The notes below the pieces were generated by a model. It was not told the origin of the DNA. It ran no database searches and worked only from the letters and a program-made list of their open reading frames with translations. From assembly GCA_050575255.1 (NCBI GenBank), contig JBNZDD010013677.1, positions 3,649,707-3,713,706 of the forward strand: a stretch of DNA of 64,000 nucleotides, read 5' to 3'. The position numbers and the translations under genes were made by a program. Source of the stretch: Harriotta raleighana (taxonomy: Eukaryota). Positions 29,043 through 43,184 of this stretch are shown here, one piece after another (the first letter of the stretch is position 1; the number at the start of each line of letters is the position of its first letter).

Positions 29043-29531
29043 TGTCCAAGGTGTTGTCCTTCAGATGAGATGGAAAACTGAATTCCCAACTGTTCAAGTG
29101 GATATTAAAGATCCCCAAAAGCGTTTCTCCAAGTGTCCAGGCCAACAATCCCCCAAATCAAATCGATCAAATCATAGAAAGTTACAGCACAGAAGGAAGC
29201 CAATCAGCCCATTGAAGTGCTGTGTGCATATTGACTGCCATCCTTGACTACAAAATACACAAATATACAAATACAAAATACTTAGTTCTATGGTAAATTG
29301 TGTGAATCACTTTGAAACATCTTCTTATTGTGAAAGGCGATGTGTCAAATGTAAGGATTATTATTGTTATGACCTTGATTGATTGGACACTCTCTCAGCG
29401 GCTGTTTGTGGGACATTGCTTTGTACACCAGCTGCCGCGTTTCACCCACAAAGTACACAGACACAACCGTTGATAGTATTTCCTGTGAAGCGCTTTGCGA
29501 CATCTCTACAATGTGATAAGGTGCAATATAA

Positions 29532-29717
<186 letters not shown>

Positions 29718-30097
29718 TAAAACAGAGCTTTGAGGACTTGATTGCAATCTGCTTTCCGTGAACAGTAGTAATTTCAGCAAAACAACCTGTCTCCTGAATT
29801 TTAACCAACTGAAGTTGTATAGTTGTCATGCTTGTGGCTTTCAATCTTTAGCCTGGTAGCAGGAGCTGGAGCTGAACAAACAACATTATCTTTATCTTCT
29901 TGATTCATCTTTAGACAATAGATAACTTTCCTTTTGTTTCCCGGTGAGCGATGTTTGCTGGCATGAGAACAAGCAAAATATACAAAGAGGAATGGTTTCA
30001 GGCACGAGCGCTCCCACTGATCATGTATACGATTGTGTCAAGAAGTCAGGTCTCTTGATGATTTCTATCTATGAAGTGGTGATTCGATTATCCTAAA

Positions 30098-30885
30098 TTA
30101 CACTTGGAACATCCTTTTACATCAGGAACATGTCCCAAGGCGCTGGACAGTCAATGTTTCATACCCAAGCTGGGATCGGGGATGGGAAAGGTGGGGTGAA
30201 AGGGGGTTATTTGGGGTGACCGATGAGATATGGAAGAGAAGGGTCTTGAGGCAGAACTTGAAGGAAGCCAGGGAGAGGGGCAAGGCAGAGAGACTGCGGG
30301 AGGTTTCTGCCTCTAACGCCAGAGGTTAGGGGCAGAATGGCTGAAGGCTCACCCACCAATGGTAGGACGGGTGGGTCAGAGGACATGGAGCTGGCCGGAG
30401 TCTGCCGAACGGAGGACGTGGGCAAGCTGTTAGGGGGTTAGGAGGTCGCAGATGTAGGATGGACGAGACCATGGAGGGCTTTGAATGTGAGGACTAGGAT
30501 CATGAATTGAAACCTCTGGGTGATGGGGAGCCAATGGAGTCAGATAAGTATGGGGGAAGATGGGATCATGAAGCTCGAAGTAGTAGAGGACACAGAGTTC
30601 TGGATTATCTGCAATCTATGGAGGAAGGAATTGGTAAGGTCGACAAGTTGGTATAGTCGTGCCTGGAGGTGATGAAGGCATGAATGAGGGTTTCAACGGC
30701 CTGAGAGGTGAAGTAGTGGCAGAGTCGGACAATATTGCAGAAGTGAGGGAACACAGAGAGGGTCATGTCTTGGATGTGGGGGAGGAAAGACAGTTGAGGA
30801 TTGAACAAGATACCTGAGTCCTGACTGTCTTAGTGAGGTTGAGTGTCCAACCATGGAAGTGGATGCTGCCAGCGCCTGAGGTTAA
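30098..30885 (-). mobile_element. L2 3' fragment
   Basis: FNPQLSFLPHI...ETLIHAFITSR; tail at left. Confidence 0.85.
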
Positions 30886-31167
30886 GACTGAGTCATCTCA
30901 TATGTGACTGTTCGTTCAACTTGAAATAAGTTTCAATTTGATGGTAAACATGTTAAAATTGGATATAAAATAATCTAAAGATTTTCTTTTTAGAGGGCTA
31001 GGATAAATAACATAAAACACTGAAACTCATTGACACACTGACATTTACAGCCCATGAATTATCTACAATGAGAGTTCTTCACACACCTGATCTGTTGGTT
31101 CGTCGGCAGCATCACACCCCATTACAGGTGTCTTCCTCCTGAATATAGATCTCATTGTGGTGTATCA

Positions 31168-31578
31168 GCCTCACTGAGTCAAGAGCAGTATCAACTCTGT
31201 GTCAGAAAAAGCTGTTTCAAGTCCCATGACAGGGAATTGAATTCAGATAGTCTGAGCTGACCCTGCGATGGAATGAGGAGAGATCCTCATTGTCGGAAGT
31301 GCCATGCTTCAGATAAACGTGAAACCCAAGTTTCCGTCTATACCCACTTGGATTTTAAATCATCCTGGGCTCTACTCAAAAGAGAAGGGAGTTTCTCTCT
31401 ACCAGTGTCCTGGCCAACATTCCCGCAGATAAAATTGATCATTCATGTTGTAGTTTTAGGACATTGCAGTGCACAAATTTGCTGCTTCATTTACCTGCAA
31501 AGGACAGTAAATCCTGTGAAACACTTTCAAATGGCTTACCAATGTTGAAGATGCTGTATCAAATAGAAGGATTATTAT
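31168..31578 (+). mobile_element. Older Deu-type SINE
   Basis: CATTGTCGGAAGTGCC core, CAGTGTCCTGGCCAACA, tail. Confidence 0.65.
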
Positions 31579-32053
31579 ACCATTAACATTATGTTACATG
31601 TATGGACACATATGTGATGGTTACATGCATCATTCATACCTGAAAGCTTGTATGGTCAGAGGGACCTGGCTGATGTAACTGAAGCAATCTAAGATGTTAT
31701 CTACAAGTCACTGTGTTTTTCAAAATAATGTTGTTTTCAAAGCTTCAACATAAATAATAACTAATTAAATTAACCATACCCCCAATTGTTTGGCTCAGTC
31801 TGTAACACAAGTCAGGAAGTTATGGGTTGAAACTCGAATTTTGACCTTATAGTCGAGGTTGATGTTCCATTGCGATTCTGGGAAACTGCATTGTTGGGAC
31901 AACATCCTTCATAAGATATTAAACTAAGGCCCTGTCTGTTTCAGATAGATATTAAAAATCTTATATTCAAAAAGAAGGAAGGAATTTCACTGCAGCCAAT
32001 TTGTGTAGAATGTTCCACAAACAGCCATCAAGTGAATGACCGACCGATTTTAT

Positions 32054-32903
<850 letters not shown>

Positions 32904-33791
32904 TGAACACAGAATTAAAGTACAAGCCTGACTCACAGGATATCACAATCCTTCCAGGGTGCTTTGCAATGCTCAACCTTGTGTTGTGAACTGTTCACTG
33001 TGCCGGGTGTGAATGTCACTTTGGAAGTCAAATTGGCAGATACTGCACTGTTAACATCTGAAACTCCGTCCTTTAACCCCTCTCCATCTCACCTCCTCAA
33101 TATCCTTCTTTAATCCCAATTTAAAATCTTCCTTTTTGAATGTACGTATAACCACCTCCCCTTTGCTCAGTGTTCAGTCTCACTCTAGACATCTTTCCGA
33201 GGCCATACCCTATGTGAAGGCCACTCTACAAATGCTTGTTGTTTATGTTGTCATTAGCCTCTGGACTTAGGTGGTTGATCAAACATTTCCTGCACCTATT
33301 TCCTCAGCCCTTACAATTTCCAGTTTGTTTTTCGGTGCTTTACATCGTATCCGGTGTTTGTCCCTCACCCTATTTCTGATCTGTCACCAAATCTTGTCTT
33401 TCAGCTTATGAGCTGGACGAATGTCCTNGACCAAACTCCGTACCCACATCTCACCAGTTCTGGCTCCACTGGCTCCCCATCACCAACTGGATCAACTTCA
33501 GGATCCTTACACTTATGTTCAAATCCCCTCACTCTATGGCATCTCCAACCTCCTCAGTCCCCAAACCGCTCGGCACCAGCCTCCTGCTCGTCCCTCGTAA
33601 CCTCCGCCCCCACATGCTGTGGTTGCACGTTTGGCCACTACACCCCAAAACTCTGGAACACTCTTCATCAATTTTTCCACCTTGCCCCCTCCTCTCTTTC
33701 AAGTCCTGCCTGAAAACTTTCCTCTTTGACTGTGCTTGCAGCCACCTCCCCACTCCCACCCCTGGCTCGGAGTCAGGCTCCACAGTGTTAA

Positions 33792-34172
<381 letters not shown>

Positions 34173-34648
34173 TGAACACAGAATTAAAGTACAAGCCTGA
34201 CTCACAGGATATCACAATCCTTCCAGGGTGCTTTGCAATGCTCAACCTTGTGTTGTGAACTGTTCACTGTGCCGGGTGTGAATGTCACTTTGGAAGTCAA
34301 ATTGGCAGATACTGCACTGTTAACATCTGAAACTCCGTCCTTTAACCCCTCTCCATCTCACCTCCTCAATATCCTTCTTTAATCCCAATTTAAAATCTTC
34401 CTTTTTGAATGTACGTATAACCACCTCCCCTTTGCTCAGTGTTCAGTCTCACTCTAGACATCTTTCCGAGGCCATACCCTATGTGAAGGCCACTCTACAA
34501 ATGCTTGTTGTTTATGTTGTCATTAGCCTCTGGACTTAGGTGGTTGATCAAACATTTCCTGCACCTATTTCCTCAGCCCTTACAATTTCCAGTTTGTTTT
34601 TCGGTGCTTTACATCGTATCCGGTGTTTGTCCCTCACCCTATTTCTGA

Positions 34649-34885
<237 letters not shown>

Positions 34886-35269
34886 TAGCTAGAGATGGGT
34901 CTTGGGGGACGGGGGATTGCCTGGAAGAGTCATAAAGCCAGGAATATTTTTATTTTTAAAAGTTTGAAAGGCTCCCTGCCCTATAAATGTAATTCTATTG
35001 TTGTTGTATATATACAAGTTGTTACTGTTACTGTTACTGTAGTTCAGTGAATCTGCCAATAGCAATTGCACAGGTTCTGCAATAAGCCTATTTCCTTTCC
35101 CATCAGATTTCTAATATAATGAGTTAATTATAGCTTTCCATTGCCTTTCCTAATGACAGGAAGATGTGTGTGTTGTAGGGTTGTTGAGAGCTTTTACACT
35201 TTTGTCTGTAGGGAAGCTTCATCCACATGGCACTCAGAAGCCAAGACAGTTATTTTGGCCCAATGCTAA

Positions 35270-35599
<330 letters not shown>

Positions 35600-36266
35600 T
35601 AACTTTACCATATATTGGTAAGAGAGTCACCTATAAATGCACTTTACTGAATATCACATGAAGCTCTTTGAGAAGTCCTCCTGACATCAAATGTGCTGTA
35701 TCAAATGTAAGGATTATTATCATTATTATTATCATTATTATTATTGATATGAACTCCAGGATAATTTGGGCAATCTCTTCATCTCTCTTACCTTCCTACG
35801 TAAGATTGGAACCTCAAGAACAACAACAAATTACATTTGTATAGCACCTTTCACGTTGGGAGGTGGACGTCCCAAGTTGCTGAACAGTCAAGGATTTGCA
35901 CCCAAGCTGCTGATTGGGTTAAGAAGTGGGGCATGTGAGGGGTGGAAGGTGGGGAGGGTAGGGGTTGGAGGGAGAATGAAGACTCGGTCGAAGAGAAAGG
36001 GGGCAAAAAGGCTGAAGCTCTGACCACCAATGGAGGGTGGGCAGGGTGGAGGATGTGAAGCAAGTCAGAGTCCACCAAGCAGAGGGAGCAGACTGGCCCA
36101 TATGGAGTTTGCAGGTCACCCAGGGACTGTGAACTTGATCAATTTATACTAAATCCAAATTAATTAATCAAATTCATTCATGTTAAATGTTCCGTCTCTA
36201 ACCTCTGCAACTTCCTGGCTCAATCCCTCTGACTCACTGCCACTTTATCCATTTTTTATTGCATTA

Positions 36267-36582
36267 TTAATAATAAAAATAATAATACTCGCATTTGATA
36301 TGGTGCTTTTCACATCTTCTAGACATCTCAAAGCGCTTCACAGAATATACTGTAAAGTGAATGGACTGTATGTTTTTGTGCCGAAACGTGGCAGCCAATT
36401 GCACACAGCAGCGTCCCACAAACAATCATGGAATAAAATGACCAATTTATTCATTTTTTTTGAGGGATTATTATTAGGCATGTGGGGTAAGGAAACTTGC
36501 CCAAGGTTTTGGCCTGTCTGGAATTGAAGCCAGGTCTCTCGCTTGCAAGGCGAGTGCTCTAATCACTAAGCTACAGGACTCC
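36267..36582 (-). mobile_element. tRNA-headed SINE, antisense copy
   Basis: Reverse complement of the family: head ends GCTACAGGACTCC, (TAA)n tail at left. Confidence 0.85.
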
Positions 36583-36735
36583 ACACACTTCTCTCTCCCT
36601 CGCATTGTGTCCAACATCACTATTGTTCAGAGCTCTGAGTGAGGCGCAATATACAAATGCAAATTGTTGTTGTTGATCCTCGTGGATTTGTGATTTTTGC
36701 AACTGACTTTTAATAGTCTTCTTTTTCTTACTCAG

Positions 36736-36881
36736 GGATGGAGCTCAGCAAACTGCTCCTCAGCTGGGGATATTCAGTGGGACATCAACAAAGGAATCCA
36801 CCTACAGTTCTTCAAATCAGATCCTCATCAAGTTCCACAGCGATGTAGCCAATGGCGGCCTGTACATGTTAAACTTTTACG
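36736..36881 (+). CDS. CSMD2: CSMD2 exon, end of CUB13 (DGAQQTAPQLGIFSG...KFHSDVANGGLYMLNFY)
   Basis: actcag| and |gtcagt; phase 2-1. Confidence 0.92.
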
Positions 36882-38018
36882 GTCAGTGTGTCCTATTCTG
36901 TGGTCATTTGTGACATCTAAATATGCATTCATTCAACATTATAAGCAAAATAGTTTAGCTCTCTGCCACCTCTTTGAGGCAGGAGAGCATGCAAGCACAG
37001 CAAACTGTCCATTTAGGCCTTTCTGTCATAAGCCTTCATCCCCCATTTTACACCAATTCAAACCAGCATCACAGAATGATCTTCCAAAATAAATATTTTC
37101 CATGCAAAGCTCTCCTGCGCTTTGTTGCTGATAATAATACAGTATTAATAATAATGATAAATTGCTGTCGATCTGCCAGCATGTGTTCACGCTGTCACCT
37201 TCGCCCGGACCTCATTCCAAATGTGAATTCTGTTTCTAACAAAAGCCCAGTCGCCACCGTCAAGCTCATCCCACTGCAGCCACTCAGAGAAATAATGAAA
37301 AGTTAATATGTTCCACAATCTGCTCTTATTATTAATTTTCTTTTTTCATACCACGACTCGCTCACCTATGCAGCATAGAAATTAGCCAACCAGCAAGAAG
37401 CTTATGGCTCATTATGGACAGTCAACTGGGGCTTAATTATTCAGCGATGCTCTCACAATGCAAGTACCAGCCCACAGCCTGGCTCCAGTAATGAGCTTTG
37501 CTGATCTCTGTCAGTGGACACCAGAGCTATCTCATTTACACACCCAAACCACTACCACTGATCATGTTCCTTCTGCCCGCTGTCACTTTACCAGCTGTAC
37601 TGAGAGATGCTGTTCCATCCACACTGATTAAGCCAGGAGTTTAATTGGATCCGTGGGTTTGTAAGGGATGCTGGTGCACTAGAGGTCACTGGGCGATGCA
37701 CTGGGTTAGAACTCCCCGTCTTCAAATCGGTGACCAGTGGTGGAATGTAGCCCAAAATAACAGCATGAAAGTAAGCCTTTCCTCTCTGTCTCTCTCTCTC
37801 TCTCTCTCCTTTTCTGACTCTGAGTCCAAAGCTAACAGAAATTAGTTCAGGAAACTGTCCAGTCTGTTCTGAGGAAATGAGGAAGGAAATGATGGAGGGA
37901 AGGAATGAGGGAGCGTGGGTGGGTTGTGTAAGGATGAGATGTGCTGACCAGGCTCAGACCCATTGTGTTACTCTGTATACCCGCTGCTGCTATTACCTTA
38001 CCGTGTAATGTTTTACAG

Positions 38019-38099
38019 CCTATCAACTGAGGAGATGTCGGCCTCCTGTCTCTGTGCCAAATGCTGAGATCTTCACTGAAGACGAGCAATTTGAAATTG
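38019..38099 (+). CDS. CSMD2: CSMD2 exon, first part of Sushi13 (AYQLRRCRPPVSVPNAEIFTEDEQFEI)
   Basis: ttacag| and |gtaatg; 81 bp; read manually. Confidence 0.9.
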
Positions 38100-38297
38100 G
38101 TAATGGTTTTCCTGTCAGGGACATGGTGACGAGTGTCCTTTATTAAACTGAGAGTAAAACAAGATGACAATCACAAGTGTTGCCAGAAGGGCTTCACATT
38201 CCCAGATACACTGAGCCCCACACTGAGGGCTCCACATTCCCAGACACACTGAACCCCACACTAAGGAACATCCAGGCTGCTAAACCTCCCAAAAGGC

Positions 38298-38517
38298 AAT
38301 GGAAATCTGTAATAAAAACAGAAGGCGCTGGGAACACTCAGCAGGTCAGGCAGCATTTATGGAGAGAGAACTTTCTTAACTGTGCCCTAACTCACCTTAA
38401 CTCTGTCACTCTCTCTAAACCACTATCACTCTCAAAGGTCATCGACCTGAAATGTTATCTCATCTTACTCTCTGTATAGATGCTCCCTGACCCGCTGAGT
38501 GTTCCCAGCGCCTTCTG
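38298..38517. mobile_element. Penelope-like inverted repeat (50-bp arms 38319..38368 and 38468..38517)
   Basis: CAGAAGGCGCTGGGAACACTCAGC is perfectly complementary to the right arm; about 45/50 overall. Confidence 0.75.
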
Positions 38518-38744
38518 ATGGCTAGGTCCTCACTGTGAAACTGGCCACTCAAATGGGCTCCAACCTTTTGGCTGAATTGTCATGGAGGCAAGTAGCCAGA
38601 ATAGCTCACAACCTAAAAAAAAATGCCTGGCTGTTTCATTCCAGTTTGTTACAGCCCTCCTCTGAATCCCAGACTTTCATTATAATCCAGTGTTTTGTAT
38701 TTGTGAATTAATACTCACCCTCTGTTTAATACATCTTCTGTTCA

Positions 38745-39030
38745 AAACAACAACCACAACAACAAAGTTACATTTACACAGCGCTTTTCATGTGTGGGGG
38801 ACATCCCAAGTCACTGGACTATATGGGATCCACATCTGAAATGGTGGTTGGGATCTGGAAGGGTGGAGGGCAGAAAGGGTAAGGGTAGGAGGGTGACTAA
38901 AAGCACGGTCGAAAAGGAGAACTTGAGACAGGTCTTGAAACAGACAAGACAGGGGATGAGGTGTGGGATGGAGTTCCATAGGTTGTGGCAGAGAAGCTGA
39001 AAGCCAATGATGGGGCAGGCAAGGCATCCA
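38745..39030 (-). mobile_element. L2 3' fragment
   Basis: (CAA)n tail at left; HNLWNSIP..FKTCLK. Confidence 0.8.
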
Positions 39031-39115
39031 GCAACATTCCCCCATCTCCCTTGCACAACCCTACCCCCTAGACCGGGCTGTTAGTACAGGCCAACATGCA
39101 CCTGTGATTTGGCCT

Positions 39116-39789
39116 TTACTCGCTCTGCCTTTCCCCACTTCTGCATCATTGAACGACTCTGCCACTACCTCATCCCCAAAGCCGCTAAAACCCTCATTCT
39201 CGCCTTCATTACATCCCGGCTCGAATATGCAAACTCCCTGCTGGTCGGCCTTCCCAAATCCTCCTTCCACAGGCTGCAGATAGTCCAGAACTCTGCGGCC
39301 CGTGTCCTCTACCGTTCCAAACTCCATGATCCCATCTCCCCCATCCTTGCCTGACTATTGGCTCCCCATCATCCAGAGGATCCAATTCAAGATCCTGGTT
39401 CTCACATTTAAAGCCCTGCACAACCTCGCCCCATCCGATATCCATGATCTCCTATCCCCTTACCAACCTGCCCACACCCTCCGCTCAGCAGGCTTTAGTC
39501 TGCTCCACCGACCTGCCTGCCCAACCATTGTAGGGCAAGCTTTCAGTCATCTGTCTTTGACCTCTGGAACTCTATCCCACAGTCCCTCCACCTCGCCTCC
39601 TCCCTGGCCTCCTTCAAGTCTTGCCTCAACACTCTTCTATGGATCCATCGGCAACTCCTTATCCCCCCCTTCTTCCCCCCCCCCCCATCTCCGTCCTCGG
39701 CTCGTGTCTGAAGCATTAATAGTCCAGCACCTTGGGACATCCTCCTGATGTGGAAGGCGCTATAAAATGTAATTTTGTTGTTGTTGTTG
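39116..39789 (+). mobile_element. L2 3' fragment ending 21 nt before an exon
   Basis: LILAFITSRLEYANSLL..RLQIVQNSAARVL; WLPIIQRIQFKILVLTFKALHNLAP; (GTT)n tail. Confidence 0.9.
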
Positions 39790-39810
39790 ACCATTCTCCT
39801 CTTGTTTCAG

Positions 39811-39924
39811 GTGATATCATCAAGTACCAGTGTATTCCAGGGTTTCTGCTGATCGGAAATGAGATCTTGGCCTGTCGACTCGGGTCACACCTCCAGTTTG
39901 AGGGTCCTCCCCCATCGTGTGAAG
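39811..39924 (+). CDS. CSMD2: CSMD2 exon, second part of Sushi13 (GDIIKYQCIPGFLLIGNEILACRLGSHLQFEGPPPSCE)
   Basis: tttcag| and |gtaaac. Confidence 0.92.
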
Positions 39925-40727
39925 GTAAACAATGGCATGCAGGACAAAGGCAGGTGTTAATAGTCATCCAGGCATTTATTAATTCATAGCCTCTCAAAGC
40001 ACTTCACAAGACTGTGTGTTTTGTAGCTATCCATATTAATTCCTGTTCAGGTGGATCTTAAAGATCCCGCAACCTATTTGAAGGAAGAAGGGAGTTTCTC
40101 TCTCCTGATACCCTGGCCAACAATCCCCCAAATAAAATTGATCACTCATTGGCTATTAGTAGCAATCATTGCCGTGTGCGAAAATTGTCTGAAAGTCACT
40201 GTACCAGATGCAAGGAGTCTTATTTTTATTGTAGATTTTGCATTGCCAACATTTCCTTTATATTGTCTGCTCCAACTCAATAAATAACAACACAGTACAA
40301 AGTTAATAACAATAATAATCCTTTCATTTGATATAATTCTTCTAGACATTTGAAAGCACTTCACAGAATATACTGTAAAGTGAATTGACTGTATATTTTG
40401 TGGGCCAAACATGACAGCCAATTACACGCAGCAGCGTCCCTCAAACAGTTGTGAAATGAAATGACCAAATTTTTTTTACATTTACTTCAACGTGGCGCAC
40501 GTGTTGCTTTATAAAAAGCCAAAAAAATCTTTCCAGTCAATCGCTGTCTCTGTTTAAATTAATAGAGTATAGGATCCCCCACCCCTAACCTCTGCCCATC
40601 ACCCCTCCCCCGCACACACCCCTGCCCACTCCACCCACCCCCCTGTCGCAGTAGGTGATGCTCATGGACTGTGTGACCCTAATGGCCAAACAGCACCACC
40701 TGCTGCCAGAGAAGCTGCCTTGATTGC

Positions 40728-41252
40728 TTGTGTGAGTGGTGTGTGTGCTGTATGTGAGTGGCATGTGTACTGTGTGTGTGTGAGTGGCATGTGTACTGTG
40801 TGTGTGTGAGTGGCATGTGTACTGTGTGTGTAAGTGGTGTGTGTGCTGTGTGTGAGTGGCATGTGTACTGTGTGTGAGTGGTGTGTGTGCTATGCGTAAG
40901 TGGCGTGTGTACTGTGTGTGAGTGGTGTGTGTACTGTGTATGTGAGTGGCGTGTGTACTGTGCGTCAGTGGCGTGTGTACTGTGCATGAGTGGCGTGTGT
41001 ACTGTGCGTGAGTGGCATGTGCGCTGTGTGAGTGCTGTGTGTGAGTGGTGTGTATGCTGTGTGTGAGTGGCGTGTGTGCTGTGTTTGAGTGGCGTGTGCA
41101 CTGTGTGAGTGCTGTGTGTGAGTGGCGTGTGTGCTGTGTGTGAGTGGCGTGTGTGCTGTGTGTGAGTGGCGTGTGTGCTGCGTGAGTGCTGTGTGTGAGT
41201 GGCGTGTGTGCTGTGTGTGAGTGGCGTGTGTGCTGTGAGTGGCGTGTATGCT
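40728..41252. repeat. GT-rich minisatellite (~23-bp unit GTGTGAGTGGCGTGTGTRCT..)
   Basis: Directly visible; source of the His/Thr-rich and Val/Cys-rich spurious ORFs. Confidence 0.95.
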
Positions 41253-41306
41253 GCATGTTGGTGACATTCACACTACATGTCAGTGGAGTACAATGTGACC
41301 ACTAAA

Positions 41307-41431
41307 CTGTTGGTGCTGGGAAGCTAGTGTGAGCTGCTGTTGGTGCTGGGAAGCTAGTGTGAGCTGCTGTTGGTGCTGGGAAGCTAGTGTGAGCTGCTGT
41401 TGGTGCTGGGAAGCTAGTGTGAGCTGCTGTT
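41307..41431. repeat. Perfect 30-bp x4 tandem repeat CTGTTGGTGCTGGGAAGCTAGTGTGAGCTG
   Basis: Directly visible. Confidence 0.95.
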
Positions 41432-41868
41432 GTCTGTGTTGGAGCTCATTGTGCACCATTTGCTAAGTGTGGAGAATCTTTTGTTCATGTATAAGATGTG
41501 ATATTCTCATGTGTGAAGTCTCACCTCTGGGAGAGACAATCAAATACAACCCAGACATGTGCTCTCCAATGTCAGCCAATTTTACACCCTTCTGGCCACA
41601 GCTCTGCGCTGAGTGCGGGCCGAAGGGATCTTGGCATATTGCAGGTTAAGCTTGTAGCCCACGGCACCAGTAAGATCAAGAGAGGAGGTCGCTGTTCAGC
41701 CCAACCATGCCTGTCCTGCTATTTCATTAGTTCATTGACAACAACCTGTATTAATACGGCACTCTTCAAACAAGATAGTCCTTCAGTGCTGCACATCAAG
41801 GCAGATTTTTAATCCCATTGCCCTGCCTTTTCCCATTTACCTTCACATCTTTTTGCAAGTACTGTATT

Positions 41869-42139
41869 TGGTGTGGTGGGGTGTGGTGGGGTCGGGTGGG
41901 GTGTGGTGGGGTGGGATGGGGTGTGGTGGGGTCGGGTGGGGTGTGGTGTAGTGGGGTGTGGTGGGGTGGGATGGGGTGTGGTGGGGTCGGGTGGGGTGTG
42001 GTGTAGTGGGGTGTGGTGGGGTAGAGTGTGGTGGGGTGGGGAGTGGTGTAGTGGGGAGTGGTGGGGTGGGGAGTGGTGGGGTGGGGAGTGGTGTAGTGGG
42101 GAGTGGTGGGGTGGGGTGTGGTGGGGTGGGGAGTGGTGG
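41869..42139. repeat. G-rich pentamer array (GGGGT/GTGGT/GGAGT)
   Basis: Directly visible; many G4 runs. Confidence 0.95.
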
Positions 42140-42475
42140 AAGGATTTGGGGAGGCCGACAAATAAGGAGTTTGCATAGTCAAGGCAAGATATTATGAACA
42201 CATGTATCAGAGTTTCAGCGGCCTGCAGCGTGAGACTGGCGGAGCTGGGGGTTTTGGGAAAGTGGAGGAAGGCAGAGCAGGTCATGGCACGGATGTAGGG
42301 TATAATGGATAGTTGAGGGTCAAACAAGATGCCAAGGTTCCAGACTGGCTTGGTGAGGTGGAGTGTGTGCATCCATGGTTTATAATGCTGTCAGCGCCTG
42401 AGGTGTGGAGGCACTGACAGGAGCCAATCAGGAGGGCCTCAGTCTGTTGACATTCAACTGAAGAAAGTTAGCTCA
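42135..42475 (-). mobile_element. L2 internal fragment
   Basis: NLGILFDPQLSI...ETLIHVFIISCLDYANSL. Confidence 0.8.
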
Positions 42476-43184
42476 AAGTTAGCTTCACAGAATATACTGT
42501 GAAGTGAATTGCCTGTATTTTGTGGGTGAAAAGCACAGCAGTGTCCCACAAATAGTCGTGGATTAAGTGACCAGATCATTATATTTTTTAAAACTTTTGA
42601 AGCGATTAATACCCACTGGAAAATACTCCATAAACTCTAATCACCATCCTCTGCAACAAATGTTTTAGATCAAACTTGCGAGACCTGGCTCCTGTTCAAA
42701 GCAATGAGCAAGCTGCAGTGTAAGCAGGGCCCAGTCTAAATTAATTCTGATCGTGCCATTGAACTGGGAATCAAAGGTTTTTTAGGTGAGTTTTATTGAG
42801 AACAGCCATTTTCTGCTTTGAGCAGATGAAAGCCCCGCTTCCTTTTATGTTTCTGATAATCCCATAATATGCTGGAGGAATATACATCAGATAATGGAGT
42901 AATGGGGGTTGCTAGGTACTTAAATTAATCGAAAGGATCTGAGAATTAAATTACAGCCTTAATCTCGCTGCCATACTTGCTATTTGAATCAATGTGTACC
43001 TGTGTTTAATACAAGGTTAGTCCCATGTCTCTGTGAGCTTTGCTCGTCCACACTCATCAGACAGTGTAACGAACCAGATTATTACAGGCAAAGAGTAGGC
43101 AATTGGGATTGGCTTGGGTTCTCTGCAGAAGTTCAATAGACTGAAGTGCCTCTTTCAGTGCTGCAACCTATAATTTATAATTAT

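Noticed and set aside
33405-33427. Extra micro-exon (AYELDECP)
   Set aside because: Truncated copy of the exon at 34674, cut at the N; it has no donor site.
40585-41271. 228-aa His/Thr-rich ORF and overlapping ORFs
   Set aside because: Translation of a GT minisatellite that lacks stops.
41307-41431. 30-bp repeats resembling a CRISPR array
   Set aside because: No spacers, no cas genes, and the context is a vertebrate intron.
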